The notes under the pieces were generated by a model. The model saw nothing but the letters and a program-made list of their open reading frames with translations. It had not been told where the DNA came from and ran no database searches. A program made the position numbers and the translations under genes. From Bacteroidia bacterium (GTDB lineage Bacteria; Bacteroidota; Bacteroidia; UBA8524), in the NCBI GenBank assembly GCA_035906255.1, contig JAMIFM010000022.1, positions 6,856 to 70,855 on the forward strand: a stretch of 64,000 bases of DNA. Reading direction: 5' to 3'. Shown here piece after piece: positions 10,342 to 19,617 of this stretch (positions are counted from its first letter, which is position 1; each line of letters begins with the position of its first letter).

Positions 10342-11073
10342 ATGAGTAAGGTAAGAATAAAAATTGCATTCTTAGGACATGTGCAACACAATATTAGTAA
10401 GGAAAAAATTTTGCGATGGAAATCCTCGTTATTTCTAATAAATGCTCCAATAGATACTTACACAATAAATAACAATTCAGATATAGATGATTGGAGTTAC
10501 TCGGATGTAACAATCCAAAATGAATTACCCACTAATTTCGACGGGGATATTCTAATAGCTATAACAAATGTACCGATAGAAGATAATTATTTTGCACGAA
10601 GGTTAACGAATAATAGACTTTGCCTCAGTTTACATGAAATGAGTGATATTTTAAAGTTAGATAATATACCACTTGAAAATTTGATTTTCAGAGTATGTTA
10701 TGCTTTATCTTTAATTTTCAAGGAATGCAATAAACTCCCCACAATAGCTGAATATTCTAAATTTACTCATGATGAAACCAAAGGATGTATCTTTGATATG
10801 AATGGTATAAAAACAGATATTATTTATTCTACGAATAAGCCAATATTATGTGATTCATGCAAAGAACGATTGAAAAAAGTGAAAATAGAAAGTAATCTTA
10901 TTGATGATATTCAGAGTGAACTAAACAAAATTAATAAAACATTATATTATAGAATTACTGACTTTGTGAAAAAAGAACCTGTTTGGTCTATACTTATCTC
11001 ATCTTTAGCTGCTATTGTATTAGGGACTATTGGTTCTTTAGTTGCGTCAGTTATTTTCGAAAAAATAAAATAA
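10342..11073 (+). CDS. hypothetical protein, soluble N-domain with single C-terminal TM anchor
   Basis: 243 aa and very AT-rich. The C-terminal hydrophobic helix is SILISSLAAIVLGTIGSLVASVIF. Cys pairs are present (CDSC). I recognise no family. Confidence 0.4.
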   Translation: MSKVRIKIAFLGHVQHNISKEKILRWKSSLFLINAPIDTYTINNNSDIDDWSYSDVTIQNELPTNFDGDILIAITNVPIEDNYFARRLTNNRLCLSLHEMSDILKLDNIPLENLIFRVCYALSLIFKECNKLPTIAEYSKFTHDETKGCIFDMNGIKTDIIYSTNKPILCDSCKERLKKVKIESNLIDDIQSELNKINKTLYYRITDFVKKEPVWSILISSLAAIVLGTIGSLVASVIFEKIK

Positions 11074-11089
11074 TTTTATATTTTAATTC

Positions 11090-11610
11090 TCCCGATTGGA
11101 GAATGTCGAAGTGGAGCAGAGGTGATGGTTGTTGCGGATAGAGAGAAAAAAGCAGAAACAATTTTCGTCATTGCGATAAAACCGTCTTCGGGTTTAGAAG
11201 CAATCCGTTTGCATAGTTTCAACGGGATTGCTTCAACCAAGCTGCGCAAGGCATTGCAATGACGGGGTGGTGTGTTTCTTAACTCACCCCAGCTATTGGC
11301 AAGACTTCGATTACTCAATTTCTCCCTCTCTATGCAAAAGAGAGGGACGACGTGGTGAACGTCGGGCTTTGTAATTATTCGGGGGTGAGTTAAAAGGCAC
11401 ACCTCCCTCAATCCCTCTTTATTCAAGGAGGGGAGCCACCCTGCAAGCCATTTACAGACGTACGAATATTTTGTCTAACCTGATAACTTTTAACAGATAA
11501 CCAATCTGTGAGCCAGTGCCGTTGCCAAGTTCCCCTCCTTGGTTGAGTTTGCGGGAAAGGCAAGGAGGGGTTAGGGGAGGGTCTTTTAAATCAACCTGCT
11601 TAGGCAATAC
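11090..11610. repeat. copy B (largest) of the mosaic intergenic repeat family
   Basis: GC-rich palindromic modules gtcattgcgataaaaccgtcttcgggtttagaagcaatccg, ggaggggag/ctcccctcc and agagggacgacgtgg. Its reverse complement is found at 50240-50290. Confidence 0.6.
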
Positions 11611-11613
11611 CGT

Positions 11614-12870
11614 TTATGTTCCCGGGGCTTGTAACTCAGCGTAAAAACCCTGAGGGTCTTCGCCAATATAGGTTATTGTACCTTTAAGCGTTTGCCCGTG
11701 ATTAAATGATGAAATATTAATGGCTTTAAGGTATCTACGAGGATTAAGTCCCATAAGCCATGTGCCGCTCGGCTTCCATATCGATCCCGCCGAGGGGTAA
11801 TACGCCTCTTTTACCATATAGCTATATTTATTGACAAGTGTAGCAATAACTTCCATTTCAGGCATGCTATCGTATTGTAAAGTACCTTTTAGCGTTTCTC
11901 CGTGATCATCACTAAATATATTCAGCTTTATTACGTGTTGTTTTAGGTAGCCGAATGTCCATCTGTTGATGGGGTTTTCCGGTAATTCTCCCAAGTCGAT
12001 TTGAACTTTATAATTGTTATGTATCAGTGCGTAAAGTACCTGCTGCTGGGTTTGCTCAAACATAAAGTTTCGCGTATTAAGACACCAGTTAATATAGTTT
12101 TTGAGTTGGAAATTCTCGGTGTTTGCTATATATGCATCTAATGCGGTTTGCGGCCCATCATCAAACTTAGACTTAACAATATAGGGAGCTTCAAACTCAG
12201 CCCCGTAAGTAAATAGTTGCTTGATTACCCCCCTAAAGAGATTTAATACATGATCGTGTCTACCTAATCTAAGGTTTACAAAATCAATATAGTTATTTAT
12301 GGTTGCTGTATCGGTATTACGATTGGTGGCGGGCGAAAGGGATAAGTAATAGGTGCCGTTCCAATTCCTAAAGTTTTCACTAATTATACTAAAAAAATAT
12401 TTAAAGTGATCTATACCGGTAGCTTCGCTAATGGGATTGTCCCAGAATACATCCAGTGCGTTTAATTTGTGATAAGACATAAATCCATAAAGATTGCTTG
12501 CAAATCGGTTTATATCTCTTTTAGGGTCGTCGGATACAAATAACTGGTTAATCATGTTTTTATCATTAGAAGCTAATGTAATTCCCAGTTTAATATTAGA
12601 GTTGTTTTCTTTGGCATCGCGTGTGAGGTTCTTCATATATATCGGACTGTCTGTTTGCAAGGTATATGAAGAACCATCCCCTTGGGGTATGGTGTATGCA
12701 CTTGTGGGAACAATCTTTACTGAGTACATATATAAAATATCTATACTTTGGTAAACATCATATTTGATAAGGTTTTGATAGCTGCTGTCAGGGTCGTCGT
12801 ACTTGGTTCCAAAAATGTCGTGCTCTAAATAAATCCAAGCGTTGGAAAGGTTTTGCGGGGTTGTTTGCAT
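11614..12870 (-). CDS. two-domain protein: GH18 (chitinase-like) TIM-barrel lacking the catalytic Glu, plus a C-terminal OAA-family lectin
   Basis: 418 aa. The N-terminal ~280 aa follow the GH18 strand pattern: AWIYLEH, IDILYMYSVKI, KLGITLAS and LNALDVFWDNP. The last is in place of DGxDxDWE. The C-terminal ~135 aa hold two internal repeats, SDDHGETLKGTLQY and NHGQTLKGTITYIGEDPQGF, that align with OAA repeats (GDDGQTLNGTMTYAGEGPIGF). No signal peptide. Confidence 0.6.
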   Translation of the reverse strand: MQTTPQNLSNAWIYLEHDIFGTKYDDPDSSYQNLIKYDVYQSIDILYMYSVKIVPTSAYTIPQGDGSSYTLQTDSPIYMKNLTRDAKENNSNIKLGITLASNDKNMINQLFVSDDPKRDINRFASNLYGFMSYHKLNALDVFWDNPISEATGIDHFKYFFSIISENFRNWNGTYYLSLSPATNRNTDTATINNYIDFVNLRLGRHDHVLNLFRGVIKQLFTYGAEFEAPYIVKSKFDDGPQTALDAYIANTENFQLKNYINWCLNTRNFMFEQTQQQVLYALIHNNYKVQIDLGELPENPINRWTFGYLKQHVIKLNIFSDDHGETLKGTLQYDSMPEMEVIATLVNKYSYMVKEAYYPSAGSIWKPSGTWLMGLNPRRYLKAINISSFNHGQTLKGTITYIGEDPQGFYAELQAPGT

Positions 12871-13382
12871 AATGATAAGGTTTAGTTAGTTAGCTGTATA
12901 ATTAATAGTTTATCAAATATATTAAAACATTAGATGTTTTTAAGTGTTTATTTTTTTTAAATAATATTCTTAATAACTATTAGGTAGAGCTTAAAGCGTG
13001 AGGTATTAGTGTATGGACATAGTATATATTTGCCCGAAGTTTCCTCGCTACGCGTCGGAATGACAGGATGGGTGATGACGTTTTTGGGAGGTGTTTATCT
13101 CAAATGCAAAAAATGCATCAGAAAATTTTTAAATGCTGTGTTTGTTCTTTAGCATTTCCAATTATATGGGAGTGAATGTTCTTTGATTTGAAACCCGACC
13201 GGAAGAAACCCTTGGTAATAGCGTAACAAAAATAACAATGTAACCGAGTAACATCGTAACACGGTTGTTTTTACGAGGTTAATACACCGTAAATCAAAAT
13301 CGCGTATACTTTAAAATTTGAGGGGCAGGTGAGGCTTAGTGTTGTATATTGTAGTATTTGCTATTTGGAAATGAGCTATAAA

Positions 13383-13415
13383 CAAAAACTCCCGACGAAC
13401 AAAGTTCATCGGGAG
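13383..13415 (-). terminator. rho-independent terminator downstream of nrdA
   Basis: A 12-bp stem (ctcccgacgaac/gttcatcgggag, one mismatch) is followed on the minus strand by a T-run. Confidence 0.6.
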
Positions 13416-13486
13416 CGGAGATTTATATCAGACAATTTGAAACAGTGACTTGGAGCAAGATTCCGAAACAAGTTCGGGATGACTTT

Positions 13487-15985
13487 TTAGCTTCCGCACA
13501 TTTCGCAGCCCTCAGGATTATCCAGCGAGCAGGCAATAATGGCCATCGCTTCATAATCGGGGGTAGCATCTTGTGCGTTGTGCATTTTTTCTATCTCTGC
13601 CTTATCAATGGTAGGGGCAGATGTAGTAGTAGTAGGTATTGTAGCCGTTGCGGTAACTTTTTCGTTTGCAAGATCAAAAGCGGCATTTTCAGCAGTGGTA
13701 ACATCCATCACTTGTGGGTTTTCTTTTACCACAGTAAACTTAATCGCATCAGTAGCAGCCTTGGTGCGCAAGTAGTACATACCTGTTTTCAAGCCTTTTT
13801 CCCATGCGTAGAAGTGCATACTGGTTAGTTTACCAAAGTTGGGGTTTTCCATAAACAGGTTCAGCGATTGTGATTGGTCGATAAATGCACCACGGTCGGC
13901 AGCCATATCAATAATCACTTTTTGCTTAATCTCCCAAACGGTTTTGTAAATCTCTTTTATGTGTTGTGGAATTTCATCAATGTTTTGGATTGAACCATTG
14001 CTCATGATGATTTTTTGCTTCATACTGTCGTTCCACAAGCCCAAATCCACAAGGTCGTGCATCAGGTGTTTGTTCACAATCACAAACTCACCCGATAGTA
14101 CGCGGCGAGTGTAAATGTTGCTGGTGTATGGTTCAAAACACTCGTTGTTACCCAATATTTGTGCAGTACTTGCTGTAGGCATAGGTGCTAATAGCAAGCT
14201 GTTGCGCACACCGTATTGTTTAATTTCTTCGCGCAATACATCCCAGTTCCAGCGGCTGCTTGGAGTTACTCCCCACATATCAAACTGGAAGATACCTTGT
14301 GATATGGGCGAACCTTCGTACGATGCGTAGTGACCTTCTGCTTTTGCCAAATCTTTTGAAGCTACTAACGCAGCGTGGTAAATGGTTTCAAAAATCTCAG
14401 CGTTTAGTGTTGCCGCTTCGGGCGAATCGAAGGGCATACGCAACATAATAAAGGTATCGGCCAAGCCTTGCACACCAAGCCCGATAGGACGGTGGCGCAT
14501 ATTGCTGTTGCGGGCTTCTTCAACAGGGTAGTAGTTACCGTCGATGATGCGGTTTAGGTTGATGGTTACTTCGTAAGTAGCATCAAACAAGGCATCATGG
14601 TCAAACTTACCGTTGATAATGTATTTAGGCAACGCCATTGATGCAAGGTTACATACGGCAACTTCATCAGGGGCGGTGTATTCTATAATCTCGGTGCACA
14701 GGTTGCTGCTTTTAATGGTACCCAAGTTCTTTTGGTTGCTTTTGCTGTTGGCAGCATCTTTATACAACATATAAGGGGTACCGGTTTCAATCTGTGATTC
14801 AAGTATTTTGTTCCACAGTTCGCGGGCTTTAATGGTTTTGCGTGCGCGGCCTGCTTCTTCGTAGGTGTGATAAAGGTCTTCAAACACTTCGCCGTAGCAA
14901 TCGGCCAAACCTTTTGCTTCGTTCGGGCAGAACAGGCTCCATTCACCGTCTTCTTTCACACGCTTCATAAACAAATCAGGTATCCACAAAGCGTAGAATA
15001 AGTCACGTGCACGCAATTCTTCTTTACCGTGATTTTTCTTCAAATCCAAGAAATCGAAGATGTCAGCGTGCCAAGGTTCAAGGTAAATAGCAAATGAACC
15101 TTTACGCTTGCCGCCACCTTGGTCAACATAGCGGGCAGTATCGTTAAATACGCGCAGCATAGGTACAATACCGTTGCTGGCACCGTTTGTACCGCGTATG
15201 TATGAACCGGTAGCACGTATATTGTGTATGCTAAGCCCTATACCGCCTGCGGTTTGTGATATTTTAGCACATTGTTGCAGGGTATCAAAAATACCTTCAA
15301 TGCTATCGTCTTTAGTGGTTAGCAAAAAGCAGCTGCTCATTTGCGGGTTGGGTGTACCGGCATTGAAAAGGGTAGGTGTTGCGTGAGTAAACCAACCTTC
15401 GCTAAGGCGATTGTAGGTTTTTATCACGTTTTCAATATCGCCTTTGTGTATACCGATGGCCACACGCATATACATGTGCTGAGGGCGCTCGGCTACTTTA
15501 CCGTCAAGCTTTAGCAAATAGCTGCGCTCAAGGGTTTTAAAACCAAAGTAGTCAAAATTATAATCGCGGTCATATATAATAGTACTGTCAAGCAATTCTG
15601 CATTGTCAACAATTACCTCATATACATCATCGGCAATAAGCGGAGCTTTTTCACTCGTTTTTGGGTTCACGTAGTTAAACAACCTGTCCATAATCACACT
15701 AAAATGCTTATCAGTGTTTTTGTGCAGGTTACTTACCGCAATACGGCTGGCAAGGATTGCATAATCAGGGTGTACCGGAGTCATACTTGCAGCAGTTTCG
15801 GCAGCAAGGTTATCTAACTCAGTGGTAGTAACACCGTCATATACTCCTTCAATTACTTTCTTCGATATTTTTATAGGGTCAACAAAATTAGTATCAAGCG
15901 CATACGACAGTTTGTTGATACGCGCGGTAATTTTGTCAAACATAACGCTCTCGCGTTTTCCGTCTCTTTTAATTACATACATCAT
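13487..15985 (-). CDS. nrdA: ribonucleoside-diphosphate reductase alpha subunit (class I)
   Basis: 832 aa. N-terminal ATP-cone ([16 protein letters not shown]), the catalytic core and a C-terminal CxxC tail (CEMCGS). Confidence 0.95.
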   Translation of the reverse strand: MMYVIKRDGKRESVMFDKITARINKLSYALDTNFVDPIKISKKVIEGVYDGVTTTELDNLAAETAASMTPVHPDYAILASRIAVSNLHKNTDKHFSVIMDRLFNYVNPKTSEKAPLIADDVYEVIVDNAELLDSTIIYDRDYNFDYFGFKTLERSYLLKLDGKVAERPQHMYMRVAIGIHKGDIENVIKTYNRLSEGWFTHATPTLFNAGTPNPQMSSCFLLTTKDDSIEGIFDTLQQCAKISQTAGGIGLSIHNIRATGSYIRGTNGASNGIVPMLRVFNDTARYVDQGGGKRKGSFAIYLEPWHADIFDFLDLKKNHGKEELRARDLFYALWIPDLFMKRVKEDGEWSLFCPNEAKGLADCYGEVFEDLYHTYEEAGRARKTIKARELWNKILESQIETGTPYMLYKDAANSKSNQKNLGTIKSSNLCTEIIEYTAPDEVAVCNLASMALPKYIINGKFDHDALFDATYEVTINLNRIIDGNYYPVEEARNSNMRHRPIGLGVQGLADTFIMLRMPFDSPEAATLNAEIFETIYHAALVASKDLAKAEGHYASYEGSPISQGIFQFDMWGVTPSSRWNWDVLREEIKQYGVRNSLLLAPMPTASTAQILGNNECFEPYTSNIYTRRVLSGEFVIVNKHLMHDLVDLGLWNDSMKQKIIMSNGSIQNIDEIPQHIKEIYKTVWEIKQKVIIDMAADRGAFIDQSQSLNLFMENPNFGKLTSMHFYAWEKGLKTGMYYLRTKAATDAIKFTVVKENPQVMDVTTAENAAFDLANEKVTATATIPTTTTSAPTIDKAEIEKMHNAQDATPDYEAMAIIACSLDNPEGCEMCGS

Positions 15986-16039
15986 AGTAAGGTCCTCCGG
16001 TAAAGGTTGTATTTATTGGCAAATATTTTCAGGGTTGTA

Positions 16040-17086
16040 TTAAAAATCTTCGTCGGTGCTAAAAGTGTCGGCAGTATCCCCACCTGTTTTTCGGTTGGCT
16101 ACAGCGGCTTTTTGATATTCGCCCACCCGTTTTTCAAAGAAGTTGGTTTTGCCTTGCAGCGAAATCATCTCCATAAAATCAAACGGATTGCTTGCATTAT
16201 AGATGCGTGGGCAGCCTAATTCTACAAGTAAGCGGTCGGCTACAAACTCAATGTATTGGTTCATCAAATCTGCATTCATACCTATTAACCTCACGGGCAA
16301 GGCATCAGTAACAAACTCTTTTTCAATTTCAACAGCATTGCTTATTATCTCAATAATACGTTGCTGAGGCAGTTTGTTCACAATGTGCTTATTGTATATG
16401 TGACAGGCAAAATCACAGTGCATGCCTTCATCGCGGCTTATTAATTCGTTGCTGAAGCTAAGGCCGGGCATAAGACCGCGTTTTTTCAACCAAAAGATTG
16501 AACAAAAACTACCCGAGAAGAAAATACCTTCAACGGCAGCAAAAGCTATCAAACGTTCGGTGAAACTTGCATTGCTAATCCAACGCAATGCCCACTGGGC
16601 TTTTTTCTGCACGCAATCAAGGGTATCAAGGGCGTGGAAAAGGCCGTCTTTTTCAGCAGGGTCTTTAATATAAGTATCTATCAACAACGAGTATGTTTCG
16701 CTGTGGATATTCTCCATCATAATCTGGAAACCGTAAAAGAATTTTGCCTCGGGGTATTGTACCTCAGCCACAAAGTTCTCTGCAAGGTTTTCATTCACAA
16801 TACCATCGCTGGCAGCAAAAAAAGCCAGTACGTGTTTAATAAAGTGACGCTCGTTGTCGTTAAGTTTATTTTGCCAATCAGACAAGTCTTGTTGCAGGTC
16901 TATCTCTTCAGCAGTCCAAAAGCTGGCTTCCGACTTCTTATAGAATTGCCATATATCATCGTGCTTAATAGGGAAAATAACAAAGCGGTCTTTGTTTTCT
17001 TTTAATATGGGTTCTTCGTTCACATTCATAATCGTTGCTGCGGGCACCGCTTGGCTTAGGGAAACTACTTCGGGGCGTTCATCCAT
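16040..17086 (-). CDS. nrdB: ribonucleoside-diphosphate reductase beta subunit (class I R2)
   Basis: 348 aa. It has the ferritin-like diiron ligand pattern (E..H / E..H) and the R2 C-terminal tail. Confidence 0.95.
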   Translation of the reverse strand: MDERPEVVSLSQAVPAATIMNVNEEPILKENKDRFVIFPIKHDDIWQFYKKSEASFWTAEEIDLQQDLSDWQNKLNDNERHFIKHVLAFFAASDGIVNENLAENFVAEVQYPEAKFFYGFQIMMENIHSETYSLLIDTYIKDPAEKDGLFHALDTLDCVQKKAQWALRWISNASFTERLIAFAAVEGIFFSGSFCSIFWLKKRGLMPGLSFSNELISRDEGMHCDFACHIYNKHIVNKLPQQRIIEIISNAVEIEKEFVTDALPVRLIGMNADLMNQYIEFVADRLLVELGCPRIYNASNPFDFMEMISLQGKTNFFEKRVGEYQKAAVANRKTGGDTADTFSTDEDF

Positions 17087-17788
17087 GGCTTTAGCTGTGT
17101 TTTGGTTACTACTTCCTAAAGGGTAATTTTGTGCTTCTTTCTTCTAAATCAATTAGGTACCGATAAAAATTGCCCTGTCGTTTCCAACAGGACATACTGG
17201 CCTAATTGCCTATACAAATCTTCGTTTATTAAATAGTTTTACCAACCCTGAGATTTTCACATTTCCACAAAAACAGAGTGTATAACTAATTATCAACACG
17301 ACGGCCTTAGAAGCAGTGGTAACAGAGGGCTACAAAGGGAGTTTATCTACACGTAATGTTTGCTTAATATTTTTATAATGTGAAAAGAGTGTGTTAAAGA
17401 TGTACTACAACCATTGAAAACAGTAGGTTTTTATAGCTAAAAATGACTGAGTGGTATTAAATACACTGCTTTAGCCCTTATTTTTATAGACAATCGGCTG
17501 TATGCCTTTATTTATAAAGGATTGAGGGAAACGAACGTTTAACCAATGGTTATGGGCTTACGTAGCAGGGATTTACGGGTAAATGACTAAGTGGTCTTTT
17601 ACTAAAAAGTTAAAAGTTTTAGAAGAAAAGCAATGTGGATAGAGTTTTTTAGAAATATTACCCTGTGTTTTAGAAAAGAAACAATTGTTGCTTTATAGTA
17701 CCGTTTTACCGTTTCATTCACATTTTGTAAAAAGTGTTTCAAGGTAAATTAGTACGTTTGCCAAACAAATAAACTAAACGCAACCACT

Positions 17789-18229
17789 ATGTACGAGTTT
17801 TTGAGAGGTACGCACTCTGTTCTTCGCTATGTTATTCTGCTGGGCGGTATTGGTGCTGTAGCAACCATACTTATGAATGCTAAAAGCAGGGTACGCTTGT
17901 TTTCAACCATTTTTATGGTTTCGTGCCACATACAGTTTGTAATCGGATTTGTATTATACTTTATTGTAACCGATTGGTTTAAACTGCTAAAAGAAAATGC
18001 AGGAGAGGTAATGAAAAACAGCACGTACCGCTTTTTTGCTGTTGAACATTGGTTAATGATGCTGATAGCTATTGTTATGATTACAATCGGGCACGGTAAG
18101 GCAAAAAGGGCATTGGTAAACAATACTCCGTTGCGCCCAACACTTATACTTTATGTAATAGCCCTATTGGTGATTTTTGCGGCAATTCCTTGGCCGTTTA
18201 GAGAAGCACTTGGTCGCGGCTGGTTATAA
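17789..18229 (+). CDS. hypothetical membrane protein
   Basis: 146 aa with four predicted TM helices and no catalytic motif. Confidence 0.45.
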   Translation: MYEFLRGTHSVLRYVILLGGIGAVATILMNAKSRVRLFSTIFMVSCHIQFVIGFVLYFIVTDWFKLLKENAGEVMKNSTYRFFAVEHWLMMLIAIVMITIGHGKAKRALVNNTPLRPTLILYVIALLVIFAAIPWPFREALGRGWL

Positions 18230-18237
18230 TAGTTACA

Positions 18238-18723
18238 ATGGAAACCTTTGAGGTTTTGTTATTGTTGGTTGCGGGTCTGCTAATATTGGCGGGCATTGCA
18301 GGCTCGGTTTTGCCTGTGTTGCCGGGACCTCCCATAGCCTACGCAGGATTGTTGATAACCCACTTATTTACTCCCGTTTCGTTCTCAGTAGTATCGTTGG
18401 TGATTTACGGCATTTTTACTTTGTTAATTGTGGCCGTTGATTACTGGCTACCCGCGTATTGGGTAAAGAAAACAGGAGGGACAAAATGGGGTAGTTACGG
18501 AAGCATTACAGGTATGTTGGCAGGGATATGGTTTTTTCCGCCGCTGGGTATGCTTGTAGGAACGTTTATAGGAGCTGTGGTAGGAGAGTTGATGGCAGGA
18601 AAAGATAACGACGCTGCGCTAAAATCAGGTATCGCTACATTTTTTGGCTTTTTAGCAGGCACTTTATTAAAAGTGGCATTTTGTTTGGTGATGTTGATAC
18701 ATTTTGTAATAGCACTTTTTTAA
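18238..18723 (+). CDS. DUF456 family membrane protein
   Basis: 161 aa. The VLPVLPGPP motif and TM topology are typical of DUF456. Confidence 0.6.
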   Translation: METFEVLLLLVAGLLILAGIAGSVLPVLPGPPIAYAGLLITHLFTPVSFSVVSLVIYGIFTLLIVAVDYWLPAYWVKKTGGTKWGSYGSITGMLAGIWFFPPLGMLVGTFIGAVVGELMAGKDNDAALKSGIATFFGFLAGTLLKVAFCLVMLIHFVIALF

Positions 18724-18749
18724 TTCTTGCCCTATAGGGCGCATTCATT

Positions 18750-19613
18750 TTGAATATAGGTATCAGATATATGCTCATAGCAACGTTTTGCTTTGCCATT
18801 ATGAACGTTACTGTGAAAATGCTGCCCAACATCCCCATTTTCGAGATTATTTTCTTTCGTAGCGTTATCACGCTGGGTATGGCCATGTTGGCTCTTAAGC
18901 AAAAAGGCATCCCAATGTTTGGCACCAATAAAAAGCTGTTGCTGTTACGCGGCTTGTTCGGCTCAATAAGTTTGCTGCTTTATTTTATCACTCTTCAAGA
19001 AGTGCCGCTGGCATCAGCAGTTACCATACAATACCTGTCGCCCATTTTTAGCACCTTAATAGCCATCTTTATATTAGGGCAGCCCATGAAACCTATTAAG
19101 TGGCTGTTTTATGCCATAGCTTTTGCAGGTGTATTTGTAGTAAAAGGGTTTGACGACCGTATATCGTTGTTAATGTTCCTTTGCGGGGTTGGTTCTGCAA
19201 TACTCTCCGGCTTTTCGTACAATACCATTGCCAAGTTGAAAAATGAAGACGACCCTTTGGTAGTAGTGATGTACTTTCCGTTAGTTACATTACCCTTATC
19301 AATAATACCAACAGCAATGACATGGGTGACACCTACATGGACAGAATTATTTTGGCTGTTGATTATGGGCGTATCTACTCAATTAGGTCAATTGTATATG
19401 ACAAGGTCGTATCAGGTTGAAAACATAGGCAAAGTTGCCATATTTCAATACATAGGGCTGGTATTTGCCTTAATGTTCGGATACTTTTTGTTTGATGAAA
19501 CGTTTAATACCCAAAGCATATCAGGTATGGTGTTGTTAGCAGGCGGGGTTATTATGAGTGCTATTTATGGTACTATCGAAACCAAAAAACTAAGTGCTGT
19601 GTCTAAAAACTAA
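18750..19613 (+). CDS. DMT (EamA-like) family transporter
   Basis: 287 aa with 10 TM helices and a duplicated EamA-like pattern. Confidence 0.7.
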   Translation: MNIGIRYMLIATFCFAIMNVTVKMLPNIPIFEIIFFRSVITLGMAMLALKQKGIPMFGTNKKLLLLRGLFGSISLLLYFITLQEVPLASAVTIQYLSPIFSTLIAIFILGQPMKPIKWLFYAIAFAGVFVVKGFDDRISLLMFLCGVGSAILSGFSYNTIAKLKNEDDPLVVVMYFPLVTLPLSIIPTAMTWVTPTWTELFWLLIMGVSTQLGQLYMTRSYQVENIGKVAIFQYIGLVFALMFGYFLFDETFNTQSISGMVLLAGGVIMSAIYGTIETKKLSAVSKN

Positions 19614-19617
19614 AGGG

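Noticed and set aside
7181-10349. Cluster of 60-190-aa ORFs antisense to icmF (for example 7181..7519, 7881..8330, 9135..9698, 9884..10264)
   Set aside because: They are antisense shadows within a well-supported 1129-aa gene. They are Ser/Ala/Arg-rich, as is typical of reverse frames.
11076-11426. 116-aa ORF on the minus strand
   Set aside because: It lies entirely inside the GC-rich mosaic repeat (copy B). The reading frame is a by-product of the palindromic modules and has no coding-like composition.
17300-17320. Cobalamin riboswitch B12-box in the nrd leader
   Set aside because: Only a ccACTGc core is visible and the other conserved riboswitch elements are not. It is kept as a low-interest lead and is not annotated as a feature.
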